Part shown: positions 1-11,840 of the stretch, piece by piece | Numbering within the stretch: position 1 is the stretch's first letter | How the letters are laid out: each line of letters opens with the position of its first letter | DNA from: the human T2T-CHM13v2.0 reference genome, Homo sapiens | Assembly: GCF_009914755.1 (NCBI RefSeq) | Contig: NC_060934.1 | DNA: 64,000 nt | Reading direction: 5' to 3' (one strand) | Translations under genes and position numbers: made by a program | The notes under the pieces: model-generated | The model's database searches: none | What the model was told of the DNA's origin: nothing | What the model saw: only the letters and a program-made list of their open reading frames with translations

Positions 1-1500
1 CCTCGGCAGGCTCATCTGGTGAGGGCAGGTGACAGATCACGGAGCAGGGAGGCCTCCATAGAACTGGAGAGAGCAGTGTATACTTGATCTGGGAGGTGCA
101 GGAGGGAGAACATGCTGGACTCTGCCAGAGGTGGCTGGTGAAGCTGAGGGGCAGTGAGCTGGGATGCAGGGTCTAGGGTACTAGGCAGCGCAGCACTCCT
201 GCCAGGCCAGGAGCTGGGAGCAAGCCTCAGCCAGGAGACAGGAGCATGGCTTCTGGAATGATGCTGCGGCTTCCTTAGGTCATCCAGGTGAGTGACAGGG
301 AAGGGTTTTGCTTCAGGGTTCGGGATTCAGGGTGCACAGTTGTTAGGGGATGGGAATTTGGGGCACAATTGATAGGGGATGGAATTTCAGGATGCACAGA
401 GGTTAGGGGTTGGGGATTCAGGATGCACAGTTGTTAGGGATTTAGGATTCAGGATGCACAGTTGATAGGGGATGAGAATTCGGGATGCACAGTTGATAGG
501 GGATGAGAATTCGGGATGCACAGTTGATAGGGGATGAGAATTCGGGATGCACAGTTGATAGGGGATGGGAACTTGGGATGCACAGTTGATAGGGGATGAG
601 AATTCGGGATGCACAGTTGATAGGGGATGGGAACTTGGGATGCACAGTTGATAGGGGATGGGAATTCGGGATGCACAGTTGATAGGGGATGGGAACTCGG
701 GATGCAGAGTTGATAGGGGATGAGAATTCGGGATGCACAGTTGATAGGGGATGGGAACTCGGGATGCACAGTTGATAGGGGATGAGAATTCGGGATGCAC
801 AGTTGATAGGGGATGGGAACTCGGGATGCACAGTTGATAGGGGATGAGAATTCGGGATGCACAGTTGATAGGGGATGGGAACTTGGGATGCACAGTTGAT
901 AGGGGATGGGAATTTGGGATGCACAGTTGATAGGGATTGGGGATTTCAGATGCACAGTTGTTAGGGATTGGGGATTTGGGATGCACAGATGTTAGGGGTT
1001 TGGGATTCAGGATGCACAGTTGATAGGGGATGGGAATTTGGGATACACAGTTGATAGGGGATGGGATTTCAGGATGCACAGATGTTAGGGGTTCAGGATT
1101 CAGGATGCACAGTTGATAGGGATTGGCGATTCTGGATGCACAGTTGTTAGGGGTTTGAGATTCAGGATGCACAGTTGTTAGGGGATGGGAATTCAGGATG
1201 CACAGTTGATAGGGGTTCCGGATTTGGGATGCACAGCTGTGAAAATCTTTGGCTTTTGTTGCTGAGAACAAAGGTGTGAAAATGGAAGTGCCTCCTCTGC
1301 AGGGCTGAGGATGATCCTGGGAGGGTGGGGCCTCTGGGAATGACGGGAAAGTGACCCATCTGGGAGTTGTGGCCAAGAGCGGGGAGAAAGAGTTCAGACA
1401 TGGGTTCAGGGCCAGGCGAGGTGTGTGCAGGTGGAAGGTACCCAGGGCCCTTGGTCTGGGAGTGCAAAGGCCCCTCTAGGCAGTGACAAGGAGCCCCTGA
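1..1500 (-). mobile_element. Highly degenerate L2 LINE fragments flanking the 31-bp VNTR
   Basis: Purine-rich sequence at 1-300 and 1240-1500 loosely resembles reverse-strand L2 (e.g. ttggcttttgttgctgagaacaaagg...atggaagtgcc); by-eye match only. Confidence 0.35.
321..1237. repeat. 31-bp minisatellite (VNTR), about 29 copies
   Basis: Unit gggatgcacagttgataggggatg(a/g)gaa(t/c)t(c/t); starts at 482, 513, 544 give a period of 31; homogeneous core and degenerate edges. Confidence 0.97.
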
Positions 1501-3188
1501 TGCAGGGTCTTGGCCCCCGACAACTGTGCCTGCAGTCTGGCACCCCTGGGGAGTGACCTCTGCTTGCCCAGTGCAGTTGTGCCCCAGCACTGTGTCTGCC
1601 GTTCACCTACACATTTCAGTGGATTGGGAGGGGCTATGCTAGGCTGAGGTCAGCAGGGCTCATGCTAGGGCCCCTGAGTCCTGTGGGAGCCTGAGGCCCC
1701 CGGGACAGAGCAGGGGTCCCTCTCATTCTCTCACTAGCCTGCTCTCCTCTGGCCCTGTCTGGGTGGAGCTGGTTCCTGCCTCCCAAGGCTGCAGGGCTGC
1801 CCCTGTCTGGGGTGCTTAGGAGAAATAGTACTCATGTAAATATGTGTTCATCAGAACGCTGGCAGGGTGAAGCCTGCAGATTCCTCCAGGGTAGGTGTTG
1901 AGAAAGGCAGCATCCTGGGAGGTGGCAGAAGTGAGAATAAGGAGTCATTCTTGTCCCTGCAGGCAAGAGGAGCTTTCAGGTCAGCCTCGTCCTGCAGAAT
2001 GCAGCAGGGTTCACTTGTGTCTGGACCCCACGCTTTTCTGTCCCCATGGTGAGCTCATCCTCATGGGCCTTGCTGGAGCCTGGTCCACCTCAGTCCCCTC
2101 TCTTTCTGGGGTCCCTGCTGGCCTAGTTGGTTTGTGAGGAGAAATTGGATGCCTGAAGCTGATGCATCCTCTAGGGGTTCATGGGTCTCATCTTATTGAT
2201 GGCAGATGGGCAAGTCCCTTCCCACTGACCCCAGAGACTGTGTAGAGAAGCTCACAGCCCAGCTAGGGCTTCCCTGTAGGCGTGCAGAGGACACAGCTGC
2301 AGGGGACGCACCCGGGAGGGGCATGCTCCCTCCTCGAAGACGCCGAGACCCAGCAGACTGATTTATAGCTGCGTCACCCACATCACCCAGGGATGTAGGG
2401 TTGGCTCTGTCTCCGGTGCCATTAACACTTTCTTCATGGCGGCTTGACCTTGACCTTGGTGTCATCTATCAGGGTCTGGAGGCTACTCTCCTCTGCTCCT
2501 GACAAGCAGTGCAGATGAATGAGGACTTGCAGCCGCTGAGCTTCACTCCCTGCTGCCTCTTGCTCTGGCCCCCATTCAGGCTTGACCGTGGATGCCGCCT
2601 ACTGGGGACCCTCCCGGAGACACAGGATCCAGGGTGGGTGTATGATCTGTTTTCAAGTGGACGGAGGAGCCCTTACTGAGTACACCTGGATAACACGCAA
2701 GGCTGAAGCAGCAGTCTAATTAAACCCTGGGGACATGAATCAGAGTCCCCTACGGCTACCACTGGGAGGGGGTCTCCTATCCCCTCCTTCTGCCTCTGCC
2801 CTGCACCCGCAGGACCCAGAGACCACGAAATGGGCTGAATGGTTCAAGGTCACATGCATGTTAGGCCAGGGCCCTGAGCTCCCTGGAGATGGTTCAAATG
2901 GGAGAGTGAGTCTTCATAAAAGGCTGGTTGCAACTGGGGTCCAGTGGGGTGACCACAGACACCATGGAGTTACTGCAGCCCAGGAAGCTCAGACATTGGG
3001 CCCGTCCCCAGAGGAAAAGCATGAGCCAGCAGGAAACGCCCTGAATTCATGTGAGGATGGCTGGGCTGGGTCCTGCTTCCCTGGGGCTCTTGGGGCATGA
3101 ATATTTGCATTTCAACGCACATCCCATCTCATTGCAGCACCCAGCTCTGGGTACATCCTACAAGAGTGTTAATTAAAAACCTAAATGG

Positions 3189-3480
3189 GGCCGGGTGCGG
3201 TGGCTCATGCCTGTAATCCCAGCACTTTGGGAGGCCGAGGTGGGCGGATCACAAGGTCAGGAGATCGAGACCACCCTGGCTAACACGGTGAAACCCTCTC
3301 TCCATTAAAAATACAAAAAATCAGCTGGGCATGGTGACGGGTGCCTGTAGTCCCAGCTACTGGGGAGGCTGAGGCAGGAGAATGGCGTGAACCTGGGAGG
3401 CGGAGCTTGCAGTGAGCCGAGATGGCACCACTGCCCTCCAGCCTGGGCGACAGAGCAAGACTCAGTCTCAAAAAAATAAA
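3189..3480 (+). mobile_element. AluY SINE
   Basis: Full dimer with AluY diagnostics (gagatcgagacc, ggctaacacggtg, aatggcgtgaacc, gagcttgcag); TSD aaacct(a/g)aatgg. Confidence 0.95.
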
Positions 3481-3599
3481 CCTGAATGGTGCATGTTCTC
3501 CATTTCCTGGGATGCAACTCTCAAGAATCAGTGCTGTAGACCTTGTGAGAAATGGCAACAGAAAACAAAAATTCCACGAAATAATGCAGGGTGCTAAGC

Positions 3600-3710
3600 A
3601 CGTGTGTGTATGAATGAACATGTGTGCACACATGAATATATACATATATGTACATATGCATAAACACATGTGTACACATGTGTGAACCTGTATATGCATT
3701 GCGCACTCAC
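3600..3710. repeat. Degenerate (CA/TG/TA) low-complexity tract
   Basis: cacatgtgtgcacacatgaatatatacatatatgtacatatgc. Confidence 0.75.
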
Positions 3711-5294
3711 ATTCCTACATATTGGAAATGGAAGCACCCTGGCCCCTGCCTCATCCTGTTCTCAATGTCAGCTGCATTTTGCCCCATCGTCTTGGGAGGT
3801 GATGAAAGGAACCAGTCACTGCCTCTGTGGTTTTCCATCAGGCTTGGAATAAATTCTGCTCACGAAAGTCAGACACACTGTGTGTCATTCATGGCCCCAG
3901 ATCTGAGCTTGCCAGGAATCCCTGAAGTTGGTCTTGATGGTTGGGTTCTAATAGAAGGTTCTAGGCACACTCCTGGGTCTTTCTTTTGGGGAAAGCCTCT
4001 TCTTCTCTGTGCCCAAGCCTCCCCCTACTGGAGGACCGACTCACCCCAGGCCCAGCCCCGTGTCCAGTTCCCAGGAGAATGCTCTTGCCAGCAGGAGGAG
4101 GAAGCCAGAGGCCATCAGCATCTCTGTGTGGCCATCCCTGGTGGGCCCTCATTAAATACTTATTCCAGACTTAATAAATGAGGTGCATAAAAAGATAAGA
4201 GGAAATGGACTTACCTCATTAAACCGTAATGCTTTCCCTCTAAAACCCTTACATTGGGGGGAGGAATAAAAAATCAGGGAGAAGAGCCTGGGGTTCTTGA
4301 CCCTTCTAAATTAATGGCACAATCAAAGCAAGTCCAAGTGTAACTGTATTAATCAATTTTTGAAGACGATGTGCAACTTTAGGTAAAATAAAATCATCTT
4401 GTGTTTGGGAAGTCTTGTCAATTCTCGGTCAAACGTACCCAGGGCAGGTTCACGTGCAGTGCATAGATGAGTTTGGTGGTTTATGCAGGCTGGGCTGCTT
4501 ACTCTCCCAGGTGTGACTAGCAGTGAATGACAGCTGGGTCCGGGGGATCTCAGCATGGGGGCTACTCTTCCGTGGCCCTTGCCTTGCGGATCCATGGCCG
4601 GGCTAGACGATGGTGCCTCTGTGGCAGCATACAGTGTGTTATAAAGTGGACTCACTTTCCTCTATGCAAAATTCATACATCAGTCCATTCCTTCTTTTAT
4701 TCATTCCTTCAGTACTAGGTTTCAGACAGTACCAGGTGCTGGGCTCCACCTCAGGTGCAGACGGCTGTGTTCTGATTGACCTGATGCTATGTTCTTACTG
4801 ACCCGAGGCTGAAATTTGGAGCCCTCCAAAGACTCTACAAAGGTCCCGGCAACATATCCACATGGTGAAATACTTGTGCAGATTTTGCAGAATCAGACAT
4901 TGTATTTTATGACCAAAACTGACAAGTGCTGTCCTTTTACTCTCTGGCCCACCCTCTGGTCAGGGACCAGGCAGTGGGCCTGCTGGGGATTCTGTAAGCT
5001 GGGGACATCTTTGTGTAAGTTCCATGGGCTGAACTATGTGTCTCAGTTGCTTTAGTGTGTAGTTTCACTATCACAGGTTCCTGGGACAGCAGGGCCCAAC
5101 CCTGGCAGGAGTCAGATGCCAATGCTTGGAGCACCACTGCGTTGCCCGCCGTGTGTTACAGACCCATTCACAGGCGTTGGTCCCTCAACCTAGAGCCATG
5201 CTTGGCCCCCCACGGCCACTTGCTGGTAGCTCATGTCCATCCCCATCTCCCACCTGGCCCCGTGTGTGAGCTGCCCACCAGTCCACTCACTGTC

Positions 5295-5761
5295 TGTCTG
5301 AGTTTTCAGTGGCTGCTGCAACCGATGACCACAGACTGAGTGGTTTCAATCAACACATATTGACATTCTTACTGTTCTGGAGGACAAAAGTCCAAGATCA
5401 GTATCAATGGGCTTAAATTAAGGTGTGCAGGGCCATGCTCATTCTAAAGGCTCCAGGTGAGAATCTGTCTCCTGCCTCTTCCAGCTCCTGGTAGCTGCTG
5501 GCATTCCTTGGCTTGTGGCTACATCACTCCAGTCTCTGCCTCCGTGGTTGCATGGGCCACCCTCTTCTGTCTGTGTCAAATGTTTCTCTGTCTTCCTCTT
5601 ATAAGGATACATACACATGATTTAGGAACCTCTTGGATAATCCAGGATAATCTCTCCATCTCAAGATCCTTATTTTAATCATATCTTCTGCCATATAAGT
5701 TAACATGGTTTCTCAGGATTAGAATCTAATATCTCTGGGGGCCATTGCTTAGCCTGCTACA
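5295..5761 (-). mobile_element. MLT1 (MLT1D-like) MaLR solo LTR
   Basis: ttctggagg...aagtccaagatc, tggataatccaggataatctctccatctcaagatcctta, gggggccatt...gcctgctaca end. Confidence 0.85.
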
Positions 5762-6240
5762 CTGTCCTGCCTGGATTCCCTTCCCAGAAGGACCCTCCAT
5801 TCCTCTTCCTTGACCCTCAGCCTGGAATGGCCTTGCCAATCACATCTGCAATTGGTCTTATCATTTCTTCCTAATTTGAAAGGAAATATGGAGCCTAACA
5901 AAGTTAAGGTAAACCTTATGGGGCCACTACCACAAAGCCCTTGATACTGGCCACAGATTGGCTAGCATGATCCATTCAGTCAAGAAGGATTTTATATTCA
6001 CAATGAGAAAAAGCAAGCTTAAAATTCCCCCAAATCTTAGGAAACAAAGATCCCAGAGCTTTTTTTCAAACCTGACAGCAACTTTAAGAATTTCCATGGC
6101 ATTGCACCTGAAAGAAAAGAAAGACCCTTTTCTGAATAACAAAGTTAAAAATAATTATAAAAGATAATAGAGGAAAATTTGAATCATCTTTCTATATATC
6201 CTATTTATGAGGGAAAGAAAGATAACATAAAGCTCCCTTT

Positions 6241-6430
6241 TGTCTTAGGCAACCCAGGCTGCCACCGCAAAATACCACGGACTGGGGGCTTACCCAGCAG
6301 ACCCTTTTCTCACAGTTCTGGGGCTGGGACTCAAGGTGTGGCCGGGCTAGTTTCTGGGTGGGTGGGGGGGGCTCTCCTTGGCATGCAGACTCAGACGGTG
6401 TCACTCACTGTGTCCCCATGTCACCTTTCC
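6241..6430 (-). mobile_element. MLT1 LTR fragment
   Basis: tgtcttag...ggctgcc...aaaataccac.gactggg.ggctta...ttctcacagttctgg. Confidence 0.7.
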
Positions 6431-6913
6431 TGGGTGAGAGGATCTGAAGCTTGAGTCAGAGGTGACTGGGCAGTCATCAGTGGTGTTGACTCAACAGAGT
6501 GAGGACAGGCTTGGGCTTCCAGTGAGGTGCCCTGGTCGGCTGAGGGCTGGCAGGGCAGACCTACAGGAAGGGGTCCCTGAGGGGTTCCAAGGCACAGCCC
6601 GAGGACATCACAGGAGGTGAGGAGTGGGTGTTGGTGTGAAGGGACCTGTGGAGAGTGATCAGTGAGGCTGTGCCGGCCCTGCTGATATTTTCAGGACTGC
6701 AGTGGGGAGGGGCTGCTGAGGCTGAGGCTAGGAGATTTCGGGGGCAAGTGGGGTCCTCCAGGCATGAGGCAGGCACTGGGCAGGGACAGATGATGAGACA
6801 GGCAGAGGGCAGAGTTGGGAAGCTGCAGAGCTGGGGGTGACAGGAGCTCGGCCCCTGATTTGGAGGGGCCTGAGGTTTGAAGTCACAGTTTCTGTCCTTA
6901 CCTGGGAGGATGG

Positions 6914-7269
6914 TGCTGTGGTTTGAATGTCTGTTTTTTCTCGAAAGTTCTTGCTAAAACTGAATCCCCAGTGCAACAGTATTAAGAGGGGGTCTTTAGG
7001 AGGTGATTAGGCCATGGAGACTGCACCCTCAGGGATGGGAATGGTGCTTACCAAAGGGCTGGAGGGAACTGGCTGGTCCTCTTACTCCTCTGCCCTTCCT
7101 GAGGACACAGAATTTGTCCCCTCTGGAGGGGACATCCTGGAAGTAGACAGCAGCTCTCACCAGGCACTGCAACTCCCAGCCTCCAGCACTGGGAGAAATA
7201 AATCTCTATTATGGATGCATCCTCACAGTCTAAGGTATTTTGTTACAGCACCAAGAACAGATTGAGACA
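6914..7269 (+). mobile_element. MST/MLT1A-type MaLR solo LTR
   Basis: tgctgtggtttgaatgt start, aatccccagtgcaacagtattaagagg, aataaa, ggtattttgttacagc...gagaca end; flanks gatgg/gatga resemble a 5-bp TSD. Confidence 0.85.
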
Positions 7270-7355
7270 GATGATGCTAAGCAGCTTACCCAAATCCCAC
7301 AGGATGGCAGCACCAGAGTTTGGAGCCAGGAGTTTTGGTTTCAGAGCCTGAGCTC
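7270..7355 (-). mobile_element. MIR fragment, probably interrupted by the adjacent LTR
   Basis: ctaagcagcttacccaaatcccacagg...gagtttggagccagg resembles the MIR core in reverse. Confidence 0.5.
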
Positions 7356-8560
7356 CCAGAGCAACCTCCCTGGTTTCTGAAAGCAGTGTGGCCTCATTCC
7401 TCACTGCCTCCCCACCAGGCAAGACTTGCCTGGGCCCCACTTCTCAACTCAACTCTGCAGGTCCCAGGGAAACAGATCATCCCGCCTGGGGAGAAGCCCT
7501 CTCTTGAACTAGCCAAGAGTGGAGACACTGGGCCCTGCAAAGACGTGGGTCAGAAGTTGCCCTGGCCCCAACAGCCTGAACACAGACACCACCCTGGAAA
7601 CGAGGAGACAAGTAGGCACGAGGGGCACGGAGAGGGGCTGCCCATTCCTCCAGGCAAGGACAAGGCTCCTGCCATGCTCAGAAGGAGCCCGGCTGGCCTC
7701 CATGCTGAGGACTTGGAGGGCATCTCGTGCTTGATCATGAGTGAGTGATGCTCCCCTTCAGGGTCCCCTCTGTCCCCCCTCCCTCTCCTCAGCCTTGAAA
7801 CTCCCGCTGAGTGAGCCATCTCGGGCCCTCCCTCCTCTGCGCTGTTACCAGCAGAGCAGCACCTTTGGGCTGCGGCCTGGGATCCCGCCTGCTCAACGGT
7901 TCTTATCACCTGTGTTCCTGTGGTGTCTTCCATGCTGTTTGAGAAGCACATGCCGTGTTGTGGGTCCTGCTTTGCTCTCCAGGTGGTTGGCCCCTCTCTG
8001 AGCACCAGTGACCCCAGCCCCAGGCTCTGCAGAGGTTTCCATGCAGAGCCAAATGTGGCTCTGCCCCGCTGGGTTCTGCCTGCTGAGGCCGTGAGGGTGG
8101 GGGGGACTCCTCAGCAGTATTGGAGAGCATGGCCAGACACTGCTGTGTGTACACCTTGCCTGGGAGCTGGGCCAGCCCCAGATTCTGCATTAAAACAAAG
8201 GTGCATGGGCTGCTGTTGAGGGTCAGGACACACTAAGTATTGGGGTCCCAGAGTCGTGGGACAGGGAAGCTGCGCTCCATGATTACATGGACTTTTTCCT
8301 GGGCACTTTGGGGGATGTGCTGAGGCCACCTTGACTGGGAGGAGCTGGGCATGAAGGCATCAACTCTGCCTTTCCCAGCCATGCCTATGTCCACCTCAGA
8401 AGCCTGCTCAAGCCAGATGTACCCATGCCAGGCACTTGCTCTCTGGCCCCAGCTCTACCCCTGGATCACAGTGCCAGGGCAGGAGAGGCTGCTCACGTCT
8501 CTTACTCAGCTGCATCTAGTCTCCAGCCCAGCCTCCCCCTTGGAAGGTCATGGGCTTGGG

Positions 8561-9366
8561 TACTGGGGGAACCACCCCTGATAATTCAACGTAGGTTCTT
8601 TTCTATTTTCCCTAAGTGTTGGCCAGTCTGAGAAATAAAGGGAAAGAGTACAAAAGAGAAAAATTTTAAAGCTGGGTGTCCGGGGTAGACATCACATGTT
8701 GGCAGGTTCCGTGATGCCCCCTGAGCCACAAAACCAGCAAGTTTTTATTAGTGATTTTCAAAGGGGAGGGAGTGTACGAATAGGGTGTGGGTCACAGAGA
8801 TCACATGCTCCAAGGGTGACAAAAGATCACAAGGCAGAAGGTCAGGGCAAGATCACAAGGTCAGAGTGAAACTAGAATTACTAATGAACTTCCATGTCCC
8901 GCTGTGCACGCATTGTCATTGATAAACATCTTAACTGGGTTCAAGAGCAGACGACGGGTCTGACTAGAATTCGCCAGGCTGGAATTTCCTAATCCTAGCA
9001 AGCCTGGGGGCACTGCAGGAGGCCAGGGCATGTTTCATCCCTTATCTGTAACTGCATAAGGCAGACAGTCCCAGAGCGGCCATTTTAGAGGCCCCCCCCC
9101 CCCCGGGAATGCATTCTTTTCCCAGGGCTGTTAATTATTAATATTCCTTATTGGGGAAAGAATTCAGCAATATTTCTTTTACCCATTTTCAGTAATAAGA
9201 GAAATATGGCTCTGTCCTGCCTGGCCCACAGGCAGCCAGACTTTAAGGTTATCTCCCTTGTTCCCTGAAAATCGCTGTTATCCTGTTCTTAAGGTGCCCA
9301 GATTTCATGTTGTTCAAACACACATGCTTTACAAGCAATTTGTGCAGTTAACGCAATCATCACAGG
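8561..9366 (-). mobile_element. MER11 (ERVK-class) LTR, 5'-truncated
   Basis: Close match to recalled MER11: caacgtaggttcttttctattttccctaagtg, ttgttccctgaaaatcgctgttatcctgttcttaaggtgcccagatttcat, tgtgcagttaacgcaatcatcacagg. Confidence 0.92.
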
Positions 9367-11169
9367 CCCCCTTGGCAGGACAGAGCTGGGTCCCCTTCAT
9401 AGTGGAGGGGACCTGGGTGCACAGAGGGAATGCCGACGAGAGGAATGTGATAGTTCCTAGGTTACTCTACCTGCATGGGGGCTCTCTAGACAGGCTGGGA
9501 GGGGAATCCATCCACTTCAACTAAATTCTTGGAATGGCTAAAAGCAGCTTTCAAAAACTGGGATTATCCAACCAAAAGTAAAATGAAAATGGAATGATTT
9601 TAAAACTTAAGCCTATCATGTACCAGTCTGCAGACACACCCCATGAATTGCGAAGTGCGCCCCACTCTGCCTCATAGGAGCTCTCCTCATGGGGTGAGGG
9701 CAGGGGCCCTGGGCATCACAGCGTTGGGGAAGAAGTTCGGGTGCCTCTTCCAGCCACCTGCACCCTGCCCAGCCACCCCTGGCTGCTTCCCTCAGCACAT
9801 CAGTGTAGCCTCCCTTCATCTCTCAGTTGTGATTTTCCAGCACTGAAGCCCTTTGAGGATCCCCATGTGTGAGCAGACGCTGCTGGCCCTGATGGCATCC
9901 TGAGTTGAAAGGGGGACAGGGTGTCCATCCCCTCTGCTGACAGTGGGCTGAGGGCTGAGCCCCCAATAACTTCCCTGTGAGTGTAGTTGGGGGGGTGGTC
10001 TATGAGAGGAGGAGGTCAGTGGGTTTGAGAACTTGGGGTTTGCTGTGGAGACTGAGGGCCCCAAAGCTGAGACACATACTTGGGCTGAGCCGCCAAGCAG
10101 AGGTCAAGCTTGCTCAGGAGTGAGGCTGCCCTTGGAGGTGCAGGGCACGTGTCTCGGCTGGGGAACCCCACTCTGGCAGAGGCAGAGCCAGGGTGAGGCT
10201 GCTGAGGGGAGTGTGAGCAGTGACGAATCCTTGTCTCTTGCTCCTGATAATTTAAAAGGACAAGAAGAGGACATGAAGGGTGAGAGGGGTGAGGTGAGGA
10301 CAACGGACATGAAGGGGACAGAGGAGGGAGGAAGCAGACAGGACCTAATGGAGACCAGAGGATGTGCCAGGACATCCAACCTGTAAGGAGCCGCCCACAG
10401 GCTTCTGCACCGTCCTGCAGCTGATGTACCCAGAGGCCTTCAACACTCCACTCTCTCCTGTGATGAGGGCCCCAAACCTTCTTGGGGACATTTGAGTTCC
10501 TAGGAGCAGGTGGCCCTGCGACCCTGGCTGGCCTCGTTTCCCAACGCCCCACACCCCACGCTGGGCTGCAGCTCTGGGGACGCTCCTGCTGGCAGGGCCC
10601 CTCGCCTGGCCCTCTCTCAGAGCACTCCTCTCTCCTGCCCCCCTGCTCCCCGCCCTCTTCTGGCTTCCTCTCTGCTTCATCCCTTCAGACTGGTGGGTTC
10701 TCTCTCCCGTATCCTAAGCCCTGTCGCCTGCCCTGGGCTCTTCTCACAGGGGGACTGTCTGCAGGACACAGCAAAGGAGTCCAAGGCCCCCACACCCAGG
10801 ACACCCCTGGTCCTGGCTCCTCCAGGCACAGAGGATCGCAGCCATGGAAGAGGACTCAGGGAAGAGGCTAGACCATGTGGGGAGCTTGCCAAGAATTCCT
10901 CGGGAGCACAGGACTGCAGGCACCTCTTGCCAACCACAATACCCCTCTCCAGCTGTGTCACAGACCTCCCCCTGCAGATGCCCGTGAATTTGCACAAAAC
11001 TTGCCGCTGTTTGAGACGGTGTGACTGAGCAATGTTCTTCCATACTAAATCTTCCCTAAAGCTCTTAAATTTAAATCTGTATAGTTGGAGAAGGGGTCTG
11101 AATGAAGCACGATATCAGTTCTTTATCTGGTCAACTGGATGGATGCTGAGTAATGAACTTGTGATATGT

Positions 11170-11840
11170 TTTATTGTATATAAAGTTATCTGATATAATT
11201 GACCTAAAAATTCAAAATGATGAATGTAAAATTCAGATTTATTTTAATAATTTATTTGTAATAGTTTCATATTTCTTAATTATAATTTCTATTTTGTGTT
11301 CTGATGTTAATAGATATTTGACTATTTTAGAAAAAAGTTTTGCAATGTATAAAATAATTATACTTTTTGAAATTTTATATTTATTTCAATTTTTGATAAA
11401 TGTTCAAGTTTTTTTGAATGCCAGTGAATTTTATTTTTAATTCTATGTAACATTACTGTCAAATATACAAGTTCTAAAGAAAAATGCAAGCTCTAAAATG
11501 CTCCTTAATTACATCATAATTAGACATTTTGCTGAAATGAAAGCAAACAAAATGGTTTGATAGATTTTGTTTTATGGAATTTGTGTCTTCATTTTATTAC
11601 TCAGATTTCACCAGGCAATCAGCACAGAATTCAGACACATGCAATGATGATTAATTTTATCATCTTTGATATTTTGCCAACTTTCAGTACTATCCAAATA
11701 ATAGATTCACATGGTTTTCAATGGTGTCCTGTGAAGTGTATTTGCCAGGGTCAGAAGATGAACGTATTATATTAGCAATTTTTTAGCCTGACTTTTACCT
11801 TCTAAGCACTTGGAATATGGCTTGTGGCCTCTGCTTGCCC
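11170..11840 (+). mobile_element. hAT-Tip100 (Arthur1/Zaphod-like) DNA transposon fossil
   Basis: Very AT-rich block in a GC-rich context; tttgctgaaatgaaagcaaa (FAEMKA, like a transposase C-terminus) and an Arthur-like 3' motif aatatggcttgtggcctc. Confidence 0.55.

Noticed and set aside
387-1376. 329-aa minus-strand ORF and overlapping ORFs with repeated PYQLCIP/INCAS motifs
   Set aside because: Translation of a stop-free 31-bp VNTR; all three frames give the same cyclic peptide
3280-3699. Alu-derived ORFs here and near 40.4, 45.1, 53.6 and 57 kb
   Set aside because: Standard antisense-Alu translations (e.g. [11 protein letters not shown])
11174-11440. Hydrophobic 88-aa ORF suggesting a NUMT or membrane protein
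   Set aside because: Explained by AT bias; no recognisable mitochondrial gene similarity; more likely a transposon fossil
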